From: an uncultured Acidobacteriota bacterium
GTDB taxonomy: Bacteria > Acidobacteriota > Thermoanaerobaculia > UBA5066
Length of the DNA stretch: 64,000 bases
Assembly: GCA_963721385.1 (NCBI GenBank)
Contig: CAVRJB010000013.1
Coordinates: 548,338 to 612,337, forward strand
Direction of reading: 5' to 3'
The translations under genes were made by a program, and so were the position numbers. The notes under the pieces are model-generated. The model was not told the DNA's origin. It searched no databases and saw nothing but the letters and a program-made list of their open reading frames with translations. This document shows, piece by piece, positions 1 through 9,061 of this stretch. Numbering within the stretch: position 1 is the first letter of the stretch; every line of letters starts with the position of its first letter.

Positions 1-365
1 GGAAAGCCGGCGCCGAGGAGCCACGCGGCAAGGAGGACGGTGACGCCCGCGTGGAGCGCGATGTTGACGCCGCGGAAGAGCGCGGGACGGTTCCCGTGGA
101 TCCAGCGCGGGACGGCAAAGGAGAGCAGCGTCACCGGCCGGTAGTTCTGCGCGCTCGAAAGCGAGCCGCCGAAATACTGCGTCGTGAAGATCTCGGCGAC
201 GTTCTCCGGCGAGGCGATCCGCTCGTCGTCCCGGATGATCAGCTTGTCGTCGTAGGTGAAGTCCGCCGGGAGCCCGTTCAGGAACGGCAGGACCGCGAGG
301 AGTGCCAGCCCCCACGCCTCCGCTCGAGAGAGTCTGGGCGGCGCGCCCGACCCGGAGGCGCTCAC
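1..365 (-). CDS. membrane GT-C (PMT/ArnT-like) glycosyltransferase-like protein, N-terminal fragment; continues beyond the window start
   Basis: My own minus-strand translation from the GTG at 365 gives VSASGSGAPPRLSRAEAWGLALLAVLPFLNGLPADFTYDDKLIIRDDERIASPENVAEIFTTQYFGGSLSSAQNYRPVTLLSFAVPRWIHGNRPALFRGVNIALHAGVTVLLAAWLLGAGF. It has a hydrophobic N-terminus and an FTYDDxxII motif, as in PMT_2/TPR-type GT-C proteins. There is a GTGA start/stop overlap with the upstream permease. It is absent from the ORF track because it runs off the edge. Confidence 0.45.
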   Translation of the reverse strand, partial: MSASGSGAPPRLSRAEAWGLALLAVLPFLNGLPADFTYDDKLIIRDDERIASPENVAEIFTTQYFGGSLSSAQNYRPVTLLSFAVPRWIHGNRPALFRGVNIALHAGVTVLLAAWLLGAGF

Positions 366-1174
366 GCCCGGATCGTCCGGCGCGCCGGGTCGAGCCGGTC
401 GACGAACGCGTCGCCGAGGACATTCGTCGCGAGGACGACGGCGAAGATCGCCGCCGCCGGCGCGAGGACGGCGTGAGGGGCGTCGAGAACGTGAGTCCGC
501 GCTCCGGCCAGCATCCCGCCCCACGACGGCGCAGGCGGCGGAACGCCGAGGCCGAGGAAGGAGAGCGCCGACTCCGCGAGGATCGCGCCGGCCAGGTGGA
601 GCGTCGCCTGCACGACGAGGGGCGCGGCGACGTTTGGCAGGAGGTGAGCGACGATCAGCCGCGGTCGCGCCGCCCCCGCCGCGCGCGCGGCGGCCACGAA
701 GTCGAGCGAGGCGACGCGTCGCGCCTCGGTCCGCGCGAGGCGGGCGTACGGAACCCAGCCCGCGGCCGAGAGGGCGAGGATCGTGTTCGTGACGGACGGG
801 CCGAGAACCGCGGCGAGCGCGACGGCCAGGAGGAGGCCGGGGAAGGCGAGGACGAGATCGGCGAGGCGCCCGACGCCGGCGTCGAGGAGCCCGCCGCGCT
901 CCCCCGCGAGAAGGCCGAGGAGCGACCCGATCGTCGACGAAACGGCGACCGCCGCAGCCGCAATGCCGAGCGAGACCGTTGCCCCGGCCATCAGCCGGGC
1001 GAGGATGCTCCGTCCCAGCTCATCGGTCCCGAGGGGGCGCTCCGCCGTCGGCGCGGCCAGGCGCGAGCGGAGGTCGATCCGCGTCGGCCGCTCCCCGAGG
1101 AGGAGCGGTGCGAGCAGGGCCGCCGCGAAGGCGACGGCGAGGACGGCGGCGGCCGCCCGCGTGCCGGCGGTCAA
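362..1174 (-). CDS. ABC transporter permease, DppC/OppC family (peptide/nickel type)
   Basis: This is the C-terminal 270 codons of ORF 362..1900. Sequence includes ...PLGTDELGRSILARLMAGATVSLGIAAAAV...LAFPGLLLAVALAAVLG...SAAGWVPYARLARTEARRVASLDFVAAARAAGA...LLPNVAAPLVVQATL, the typical BPD-transporter inner-membrane component. The start is set at the TTG at 1174, which forms a TTGA overlap with the dppB-like stop. The remaining 5' part of the ORF is out-of-frame overlap with the neighbour. Confidence 0.75.
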   Translation of the reverse strand: MTAGTRAAAAVLAVAFAAALLAPLLLGERPTRIDLRSRLAAPTAERPLGTDELGRSILARLMAGATVSLGIAAAAVAVSSTIGSLLGLLAGERGGLLDAGVGRLADLVLAFPGLLLAVALAAVLGPSVTNTILALSAAGWVPYARLARTEARRVASLDFVAAARAAGAARPRLIVAHLLPNVAAPLVVQATLHLAGAILAESALSFLGLGVPPPAPSWGGMLAGARTHVLDAPHAVLAPAAAIFAVVLATNVLGDAFVDRLDPARRTIRA

Positions 1175-2094
1175 CCCGCCCTCCGGTCCGCGGCCCGCGG
1201 GTCGAGCCGGAGCGCCGCCGCGTCGACGACGCCGTTCACGACGACGTAGACCGACGCAATGAAGAGAACGCACCCCTGCACCGTCGGATAGTCGCGGCGC
1301 TGGATCGACTGGACGAGGAGCCGCCCCACGCCGGGCCACGAGAAGATCGTCTCCGTGACGACGGCGCCCGTGAGAAGCGAGCCGAACTGCAGCCCGGCGA
1401 CGACGAGGACCGGCGGCAGCGCGTTCCGCGCCGCGTGGGTCAGGACCGACCTGGCTCTCCCCTCGCCGCGCGCCGCCGCGGCCAGCATGTAAGGCCGCCC
1501 GAGCTCTTCCACGAGCGAGACGCGGATCATCCGCGAGAGGAGCGCCGCGAGCGCGAGGCCCATCGTCGTCGCCGGGAGGATCAGCGCACCGGGAGCGTCG
1601 CGGCCCGAGACCGGGAGGAGGCCGAGCCCGATCGAGAAGACGAGGATCAGGATCGGGCCCGAGACGTAGTTCGGCGTCGAGACGCCGGCGAGCGAGAGGA
1701 GCCGGAGGATCCGGTCGGGCGCCCGCCCCCGCGTCAGCGCGCCGACGACGCCGGTCGGGACAGCGACGACAAGCGCCGCGAAAAAAGCGGCGAGCGCGAG
1801 CGAAGCGGTGGCCGGCACCGCGCGGGCGATCTCGGCGGTCACCTTCCGCCGCGTCTGGATCGACGTCCCGAGGTCGCCGCGGACGACGCCGGAAAGCCAC
1901 GAAACGTACTGCGCGAGGAGCGGCCGGTCCAGCCCGAGATCGTGCCGGAGCGCGTCGACGTCTGCGGGCGCCGCGCCCTCGCCCAGCATCGCGGCCGCCG
2001 GGTCGCCCGGCACGAGGTGAATGAGAAGGAAGACGAGCGTCGCCGCGCCCCAGAGGAGGGCGACGAGGCCCGCGGCGCGCCGGACGATCCTCAC
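1171..2094 (-). CDS. ABC transporter permease, DppB/OppB family
   Basis: ORF of 307 aa: MRIVRRAAGLVALLWGAATLVFLLIHLVPGDPAAAMLG...TETIFSWPGVGRLLVQSIQRRDYPTVQGCVLFIASVYVVVNGVVD. This is the canonical DppB N- and C-terminal signature. Confidence 0.8.
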   Translation of the reverse strand: MRIVRRAAGLVALLWGAATLVFLLIHLVPGDPAAAMLGEGAAPADVDALRHDLGLDRPLLAQYVSWLSGVVRGDLGTSIQTRRKVTAEIARAVPATASLALAAFFAALVVAVPTGVVGALTRGRAPDRILRLLSLAGVSTPNYVSGPILILVFSIGLGLLPVSGRDAPGALILPATTMGLALAALLSRMIRVSLVEELGRPYMLAAAARGEGRARSVLTHAARNALPPVLVVAGLQFGSLLTGAVVTETIFSWPGVGRLLVQSIQRRDYPTVQGCVLFIASVYVVVNGVVDAAALRLDPRAADRRAG

Positions 2095-2104
2095 GGCGCG
2101 GAGT

Positions 2105-5100
2105 CTAAGGGACCGGACGCTCCCGCCGCCGCGGCGCCGCGAGGCCGAGGACCTTCATCTCGTAGAGGAGCGACTGCCGGGAGAGTCCGAGCCGCTTCGC
2201 CGCCTGCGTCCGGTTTCCGCCCGACTCGTCGAGCGCGTTCTGGATCGACCCGCGCTTCGCGTCGGCGACGGCATCCCGGTACGACGCGGAGGCGGCGGGC
2301 GACGTGGCCGAACGCGCGCCGCGCACGGCGGCCGGGAGGTGCTGCGGCTCGACGACCCGCTCCGGCGCGGCGAGGGCCTTCGCCGACTCGAGAGCCGACG
2401 CGAGCTCACGGAGGTTCCCGGGCCACCGGTAGCGCCGGACGAGGTCGCGCGCCGCGGACGAGAGCGCGGCCCCCGCGAGCGCCGTCTCCACGAAACGCGC
2501 GAGATCCCGGGGGCGGTTTCGGAGCGGCTCGAGGACGAGCTCCACGCCGCGGAGACGGTAGAGAAGGTCGGGCCGGAACGTCCCCGCCTCGGCCATCGCC
2601 ACGAGGTCCCGGTGCGTCGCGGCGACGACCCTGAGATCCACGCGGCGCACCTTCGTCTCGCCCACCCGGCGCACCTCCCGCTCCTGCAGGACTCGGAGAA
2701 GCTTGCCCTGCAGCGGCAGCGGCATGTCGCCGATCTCGTCGAGGAAGAGGGTCCCTCCGGACGACTCCTCGACGAGGCCCGTCCGGTCCCGGTCGGCGCC
2801 GGTGAAGGCGCCGCGGGCGTGGCCGAAGAGCTCCGATTCGATGAGGGTCCCGGCGAGCGCGGCAACGTTGACGGCGACAAAACGCCCCGCCCTGCGCGAA
2901 AGGCGGTGGATCGCTCTTGCGACGATCTCCTTTCCCGTTCCGGTCTCGCCGAGGATCAGGACCGGGACGGCCGTCGGCGCGATCCGCCGCGCCTGCGCGA
3001 GAACCGCCCGGGTCGAGGCGTCCTCGGCGACGACGCCCGGTCCCTCGGCGTCGACGCCCGGGGCCTGCCGCGGGGAGATGAACAGCCGCGGTCCGCCGCA
3101 AAGAGGAGAGCCGGCGAACCGCTTCCGGGAGCCCGGCGGCCGCGGCGGCCCGCTCCCCGAGAGCGAGGACCGCATCGGCTGCCGGCGTCGCGAAGAGCTC
3201 CGGAAACCGCCCCTTCCACTCGAGCACACGGGCGGCAACCGCCGCCGCCCCGGCGCCGGAGCCGATCCGACGCGAGAGTTCTGCGAACGCCGAGTCCGGA
3301 GGCTCCGCCCTCCGGGCAAGCGCCGCCTCTGCGGCCAGAAGCGCCCGCTCGCCCGCCGGGATCGCGTCGACGGATCCGGGCCCGCGTCCGAGGTCGATTC
3401 GGGCGGAGGCGGCCAGGCGGAGACGGCGGGGCTCGTTCTGTTCGCGGTTGTCCGGAAGAGCCCCGGCCCGGGAAAGAAGCTCGAGCGCCGCCTCCGGCTC
3501 CCGCTCCGCAAGCAGCCGCGCCGCCTCGAGGGTCAGGATCTCCCGCCAGGCGGGGTGTGGGTCCGCAGCTCCCCGCCGCGACTCGGCCTCGCGGAACGCC
3601 TCCGCGGCCGCCGCCCCGTTCCCCGTGAGAAGCGCCAACTCCTGGAGCGCCGGAACGCAAAAGAGGAACTGGTGTTCTCGGCCCGGCCGCTTCTCGTGAG
3701 CGTGAACGGTGTCGAGCGTCTCGCGGGCCTCTCCGAAACGGCCTGTCCTCATCGCGAAATCGACCCTGTTTCCGAGCGCCGAGAGGTAGCGCTCCTCGTC
3801 GCCGGCCTCCGCATAGAGCGAGAGGCTGGCCGACAGCTCGGTCTCGGCGTCGGCGAATCGGCCTTCGTGATGAGCGGCCACCGACAGGTTCAGCGTTGCG
3901 TCGGCCCGGTGGCGAGCGTCTCCCGCCACGTCTCTCGCCCTTCGGAACCACGTCCGCGCCTCCGCGTGGCGGGCCCGGTCGACGGCAAGGTGGCCGGCCG
4001 TCATCGCCGCCTCGAACGCCTCGGCAGGATCGTCGCCGGCGGGGAGGAGATCCTCGACGCGCGACAGGAGCGATGCCGCCCGGTCGAGCTCTCCCCGGCG
4101 CGAGGCCGCTTCGGCGCCCAGGCGGGCCGCTGCCAGCCGCTCGTCGGTGGAGAGCGGGCCGGCCAGCCGCGACAGGATCGCCTCCGCCTCGTCCGTCCGC
4201 CGAAGGTCGAGCAGGACCTGGGCGCGGGCCAGGAGCTCCCCCGCCGAGCCGTCCGGCCCGACGAGGGCCAGCGCCGCGTCTCCCTCGCCGAGGCGGGCGA
4301 TCCGCCGCGCGAGCCCCCGCCGCGACGCCAGCGGTCCGGGCGGGAGCCCGCTCGCGCCGATCCGCCGGGCGGCCCGCCGCGCCTCCTCGAGCCTCCCCCG
4401 CTCGACGAGGACTGAAACGGCGAGGTCCGGCCGGCCGAGATCCGGGTCGCGCGAAGGGACCCGCTCCAGCAGCTCCGCGACGAGCCCGGAGTCCCCGCGG
4501 GCCGCCGCCGCCGAGAGCGCCGAGCGGGCGAAGGCGAGGTCGTCCTCCGCGGCGCGCGCGAGGGCCACGACCGCGAAACGGTCCCCTTCCAGCCCCTCCT
4601 TTTCGAGCCGTTCGACGACGTGCCGCCTCGCTGCCGCCGTCAGTCGTTTTGCCCGGCGCGCCCTCTCGGCCTCGCTCGGGAACTGCCAGGCCCCGGGAGG
4701 ACCCTCCTGCAAGCGCCCCGCCGCGGCCTCGGCGAGGAGCACCTCCACGGCCTCCGACTCCGCGACGCCTGCCGCCACACCGGCTTCCGCGGCGCCGAAA
4801 CCGGACGCGAGCAGCGAGGCGGCGTCGAGCACCGGGTGCGCGTCCGCTCTGGGCTCGTTGAAGCGGAACGAGCCGACGGGCACCCGGGACGCGGGATCGA
4901 AGGCGGCCGCGAGACTCCGGGCCGCCTCGAGAAAACGCCCTGGGTCGCCTCGGGCTTGCCGGGCGACCGCCTCCCACGCCTTCGACGCTTCGCCGAGCGA
5001 CCGGAAGGGGAGCCAGAGGAGCGACGCGACGTCCGCGGGCTCGAGCGAGACCACCACCTCGGCCCGCTCGAGCCACGGAGGCGGGGCCGCGCGGCGCGTC

Positions 5101-6068
5101 TCGAGCCGACGGAAGCCTGCGGCGCCGAGCTCGCCCTCGAACGCCCGGCGCGACCTCGGATCCCACGCATCGGCGTCCACGGCCACGACTTCGACGGGCG
5201 GTCCCACCGGGAGGTGCAAGGCGCTCCCCGCGGCGAGCGCTTCGATCGGTCCGCCGCGCGGGTCGGCGCCCAGAGCCCGTCCGAGGCGCGCGAGCGCCGC
5301 TCCGTCGACGAGCGAAGGCCCGGGCCGGCACTCGACGAAGCCGGTCGCCGGGGAGCGCCGCGCTGCGCCACGGACGACGAAAAGGGCGGCCGGGCCGGCG
5401 GCAAAGCGGGGCCGATCTCCGTCGCCGGAAGCCGCCGGCGGATACGCGAGACCGAGGAGGTCCGGTCCCAGCCGGACGCCCCCGGCCCGGCGCGCCAGCT
5501 CCCCCACCAGCGCTTCGGCCGCTCCCCCGGACTCGGCCGCCCGAAGTGTCGCAGCGACGACCGGGGCCCATGCCGGCTCCAGTTCCGACGCGAGGGCCGA
5601 CCGAACCGAATCCCTCAGCGCGACCGCGTTCTTTCCCGCGACTCGCGCTCCGCCGAGCCGGGCCGCAATCGCCGCGACGAGAAGAGCCGGCGAAGCGGCC
5701 CGCCACTCGGGCACCGGGGCGCCTCCGAGCGCGGGACGTGCGCGGCCACCGCGCTGCGAGCCGATTCTCGCGACGTCGCCGAACGCGATGCCGAGACCGT
5801 GGAACCTGAGAAACGCCGCGAGGCCGGCGAGCCGCGCAAGGAACCCCGTTCTCTCCTCGGGCGGGAGGTCGCACGGGAGCGGCTCCGGCGCCGGCGGCTC
5901 CGGGGAGAGGACGAGCCCGTCCCCGTCCGGAAGCGCCGCCGTGAACTCGGGGAGAAGAGGGTGCAGAAGCGCGAGGAGCGTTCCCGCTCCCGCCGCGAGA
6001 TCCGACCGCGGCAGCGTCCAGCCGCCCCGTGAAGAAACCCCTCCCCTCCCGCGTTCCCGGCGTTCCAT
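2105..6068 (-). CDS. sigma-54-dependent transcriptional activator (bEBP) with a very long (about 1000 aa) N-terminal TPR-like sensory region; reading frame interrupted once
   Basis: The C-terminal part (frame of ORF 2105..3511) has the AAA+ sigma-54 interaction domain: [12 protein letters not shown] (Walker A), GAFTGA loop ([19 protein letters not shown]), TLFLDEIG (Walker B), RWPGNLREL, and a Fis-type HTH ([22 protein letters not shown]). The N-terminal part (frame of ORF 2406..6281, from the ATG at 6068, [10 protein letters not shown]...) is a helical, Ala/Leu/Arg-rich, TPR-like region. The two frames join at the run cccgggg at 3057-3063 if one nucleotide is removed (...[27 protein letters not shown]...). 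There is no start codon in the downstream frame near the AAA+ domain. Confidence 0.75.
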
Positions 6069-6139
6069 CTGACGTTCGCTCCCCGAACGATTCCCCGGAG
6101 AGGGGCCGTTCGTCAAGCGTTTAAGATGGCGGAACGCCC

Positions 6140-6874
6140 ATGAGAAGCCGGCGATCGGTCTCGCTCGTCGTCCCGATGTACAACGAGGAGGAGAGCCTCG
6201 GGCACTTCCTGGACGTCGCGATCCCCGCGCTCCAGGCCCACGCGGACGACTGGGAGATCGTCCTCGTCGACGACGGTTCACGGGACCGGACCGGGGAGGT
6301 CGCCCGCTCGCGGGCGGCGGCCGAGCCGCGGATCCGGGTCCTCGCGCACGAAAAGAACCGCGGCCTCGGCGGGACGCTGCGCACCGGCTTCAGGGCGGCC
6401 GGAAAGGAGTGGATCCTCTATTCCGACTGCGATCTCCCGTGGGACCTCGACGCCACCGGCCGCCTCTTCCGGGCCGTGGAGATCACCGGGTGCGACTTCG
6501 TCTCGGCGTTCCGGCACGACCGCCGGCAGGAGGGGCTGGGCCGGGCCGTCTATTCCTTCGTCTACAACGGCCTCGTCCAGTCGCTCTTCTCGCTCGGCCT
6601 TCGCGACGTGAACTTCGCCTGCAAGCTCTTCCGGCGGTCGCTCCTCGACGGCGCCGAGCTCAAGAGCGAGGGGTCGTTCATCGACGTGGAGCTTCTCGCG
6701 CGCTGCCGGGCCCGGGGCGCCGTCATCCAGCAGGTAGGCCTCGATTATTTCCCGCGAACCCGCGGTGCCTCGACCCTCTCCTCGCCGCGGACCATCTACC
6801 GGATCCTCCGGGAGATGTCATCCCTCTCGTCCGAGCTCCGCCGCGCGCGCCGGGAATCCCGGCCCGCCGGCTAG
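6140..6874 (+). CDS. family 2 glycosyltransferase (polyprenol-phosphate glycosyltransferase, DPM1/ArnC-like)
   Basis: ORF of 244 aa: VSLVVPMYNEEESLGHFL...WEIVLVDDGSRDRTGE...HEKNRGLGGTLRTGF...ILYSDCDLPWD. This is the GT-A fold DxD/DDGS signature. Confidence 0.8.
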   Translation: MRSRRSVSLVVPMYNEEESLGHFLDVAIPALQAHADDWEIVLVDDGSRDRTGEVARSRAAAEPRIRVLAHEKNRGLGGTLRTGFRAAGKEWILYSDCDLPWDLDATGRLFRAVEITGCDFVSAFRHDRRQEGLGRAVYSFVYNGLVQSLFSLGLRDVNFACKLFRRSLLDGAELKSEGSFIDVELLARCRARGAVIQQVGLDYFPRTRGASTLSSPRTIYRILREMSSLSSELRRARRESRPAG

Positions 6875-8166
6875 GCCCGGGGCGACACGAGCGCGGCCCA
6901 CTCCCTGAAGAAGCGCGGCCACGACTTCGCAGCGGTCCCGGGGTCGTCGAGCGTCGAGCCGGCCGGGAGCCCGAGCGCGAGGACGGCCGCCGCCATCGCG
7001 ACCCGGTGGTCGCCGTGGGCGGCGAAAGACGCGGCGCGCGGGGCGCCGGACCGGCCGTCTATGACCAGCCGCACGTCGCTCCCCTCGATCGCCTCCGCGG
7101 CCGAAGCTCCCGCCCGGGAGAGGAGGTCGACCCCCGCCGCGAGCCGGTCGGACTCCTTCTCCCGAAGGCGCGCCGCTCCGGAGAGGACCGACGTCCCGCC
7201 CGCGAACGCCAGCATCGCCGCGAGCGGCAACGCGGCGTCCGGCGCGGAGTCGACGTTTGCCGAGAGGGGCGAGACCGACGCCGGACCCGGAAGGTGCCCC
7301 GCGTCGACGGTCAGCTCTTCCCCGCTGGCGCCCGCCGCCCACGTCAACCGGCCGCCGGCGGCCTCGGCCCAGCTCCGGAAGAGCGCATCCGGCTGGCCGG
7401 ACGTCGGCGCGAGGCCCTCGAGCACGACGCGGCCCGACGAGACGAGAGCACCGGCGATCGGAAAGCAGGCGGCCGAGTCGTCCCCGTCGACGGCGAAGTC
7501 GGCCGGACGGTAGCCGCCTCCCGGCCGCCCGCCGAACGCCTTGACGGTCCGCCGCGTCAGGCCGACGTAGGCCGCGCTCGCGCTCCTCCCTTTCACTTCG
7601 AGGCCGATCCCCCCCGGGACGAGCGGCGAGGCGAGAAGGAGCGCCGAGAGGAACTGCGACGAGACGTCGCCCCGGATCGGGACGCGGCCGCCGTGAAGGG
7701 TCGCCCCGTGGATCCGGACGGGGAGGCGGCCGGGGCGTCCCAGGTCGTCGATCCGGGCGCCGAGGCTCCGGAGGGCGTCGAACAGGGGCCCCATCGGGCG
7801 TTCCTGCATCCGGGCCGAGCCGGTCAGGACGAAGCGCCCCGGGAGCGCCGGAAGGAGCGCGGCGAGGAAGCGCGCCGGGGTTCCGGCCGGCCCGACGTCG
7901 AGCACGGCCTCCCCCGCGGGGTCGGGGGCCAGAGGCCCTGCGACCGTCCAGACGGTCTCGGCCGTCTCGACCCGCGCCCCGAGGCGGCCGAGGAGGAGCG
8001 CGAGCGTCCGCGTGTCGTCCGAGTCGAGGGGAAAGCGGAGGCGGCTCGTCCCCTTCGCGAGCGCGGCGCAGACGAGGGCCCGGTTCGTGACGCTCTTGCT
8101 CCCCGGGACCCGGAGGCGGCCCGCCAGCCGGCCCGACGGAAGGGGGAACGGCTCCGGCCCGTTCAC
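6871..8166 (-). CDS. aroA: 3-phosphoshikimate 1-carboxyvinyltransferase (EPSP synthase)
   Basis: ORF 6871..8283 contains LRVPGSKSVTNRALVCAALAKGTSRL...DSDDTR...GPAGTPARFL...ARMQERPMGPLFDALRSLGA...GDVSSQFLSALLLASPL...ESDRLAA...HGDHRVAMAAAVLAL. The start is placed at the GTG at 8166 (VNGPEPFPLP...), which forms a GTGA overlap with the upstream gene's stop. Confidence 0.85.
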   Translation of the reverse strand: MNGPEPFPLPSGRLAGRLRVPGSKSVTNRALVCAALAKGTSRLRFPLDSDDTRTLALLLGRLGARVETAETVWTVAGPLAPDPAGEAVLDVGPAGTPARFLAALLPALPGRFVLTGSARMQERPMGPLFDALRSLGARIDDLGRPGRLPVRIHGATLHGGRVPIRGDVSSQFLSALLLASPLVPGGIGLEVKGRSASAAYVGLTRRTVKAFGGRPGGGYRPADFAVDGDDSAACFPIAGALVSSGRVVLEGLAPTSGQPDALFRSWAEAAGGRLTWAAGASGEELTVDAGHLPGPASVSPLSANVDSAPDAALPLAAMLAFAGGTSVLSGAARLREKESDRLAAGVDLLSRAGASAAEAIEGSDVRLVIDGRSGAPRAASFAAHGDHRVAMAAAVLALGLPAGSTLDDPGTAAKSWPRFFREWAALVSPRA

Positions 8167-8957
8167 GGCGTCGTCGCCGCGTGCGCGGTCGGGCGTTTCA
8201 CCGCGCGCTCCGCGCCCGCCTCCTCCACGAGGACCAGCGTCCCATCCGGCCCGATCTCGGCGTGGCGGCGCTCTTCCAGCCACGCGGGCAGCACCTGCGC
8301 GACCGTCTCCCCGGACGAAACGACGCGGTCGACGTGGAAGTGCCCGACGAGGAGCCGCCCGTAGCCGGCGGCGCGGGCGCGCCGTGCCTCGGCGAGGAGG
8401 GCCGCCTCCGGCAGGTACGACTTGTGCCGGAAGTTCGTCTTGTAGAGGCGCGCCTCGGTCCCCGAGACGATCGCCCGCGCGACGGGCCCGGGAATCACCT
8501 TCATCGCCGCGCGGGAAACGGGGTTCTTCGAGAGCAACCGCCAGAAACGGTACGGCAGGTCTTTCGTGTTCACCCGGTCACCGTGTACGAAAGCGAACGC
8601 GGCCCCGCCCACTGAAAGGCCGTCCATTTCGCCATACGCCACGAATGACGAGACGAACGGTGTCCCGGAGAGAAAGAAGTCGCGGTTCCCTTCGACGTAC
8701 CTGAGCGCCACGCCGTCCGCCGCGAGAGCGCGCCAGCCGTCCAGGACCCGCCGGACGAGCGGCGTCTCGAATTTCGCATCGCCGATGAAGACGTGGAAGA
8801 TGTCGCCGAGGAGGACGATCGTCCGGAAGCCGCGTCGGGAGACGTCCGACAGGGCCGCGAGGAAGTCGTCCCCGTCCTGCGGCGCCTGCCCAAGGTGGGC
8901 GTCGGCGAAGACGGCGACTCCTCCCTCGACGGGGACCGGCGCCCGATACGTCGTCAC
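8163..8957 (-). CDS. lpxH: UDP-2,3-diacylglucosamine hydrolase-like metallophosphoesterase (LpxH family)
   Basis: ORF of 264 aa carrying the calcineurin-like motif series in LpxH order: VFADAHLG, LLGDIFHVFIGD, EGNRDFF, VHGDR, VGHFHV. Confidence 0.7.
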   Translation of the reverse strand: MTTYRAPVPVEGGVAVFADAHLGQAPQDGDDFLAALSDVSRRGFRTIVLLGDIFHVFIGDAKFETPLVRRVLDGWRALAADGVALRYVEGNRDFFLSGTPFVSSFVAYGEMDGLSVGGAAFAFVHGDRVNTKDLPYRFWRLLSKNPVSRAAMKVIPGPVARAIVSGTEARLYKTNFRHKSYLPEAALLAEARRARAAGYGRLLVGHFHVDRVVSSGETVAQVLPAWLEERRHAEIGPDGTLVLVEEAGAERAVKRPTAHAATTP

Positions 8958-9009
8958 CGGGCGATCTTAGCGGGGCCGGGCCCGGGGCGGCCCCACGGAG
9001 CCCCGGGCG

Positions 9010-9039
9010 AAAAAAAAGGCCCCGGGTCGCCCCGGGGCC
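9010..9039 (-). terminator. rho-independent terminator of the mtrCAB-like operon
   Basis: Located 23 nt downstream of the mtrB-like stop. The GC stem ggccccgg/ccggggcc (9018-9025 / 9032-9039) has a 6-nt loop. On the transcribed (minus) strand it is followed by an 8-U run (A-run 9010-9017 on plus). Confidence 0.65.
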
Positions 9040-9061
9040 GAAGGTCACGGTTTCCGTGAAA

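Noticed and set aside
2956-5874. Very long ORFs in the six-frame track that overlap real genes on the opposite strand or in other frames. Examples: 979..2634 +, 2956..5874 -, 4147..6072 +, 6409..8364 +, 10923..13871 +, 31527..34190 +, 39541..42897 -, 47756..49561 -, 60496..63546 +.
   Set aside because: Their translations are monotonous Arg/Pro/Gly/Ala/Asp-rich strings with no motifs, which is typical of stop-codon-poor alternative frames in very GC-rich DNA. In every case another frame at the same position encodes a recognisable conserved protein.
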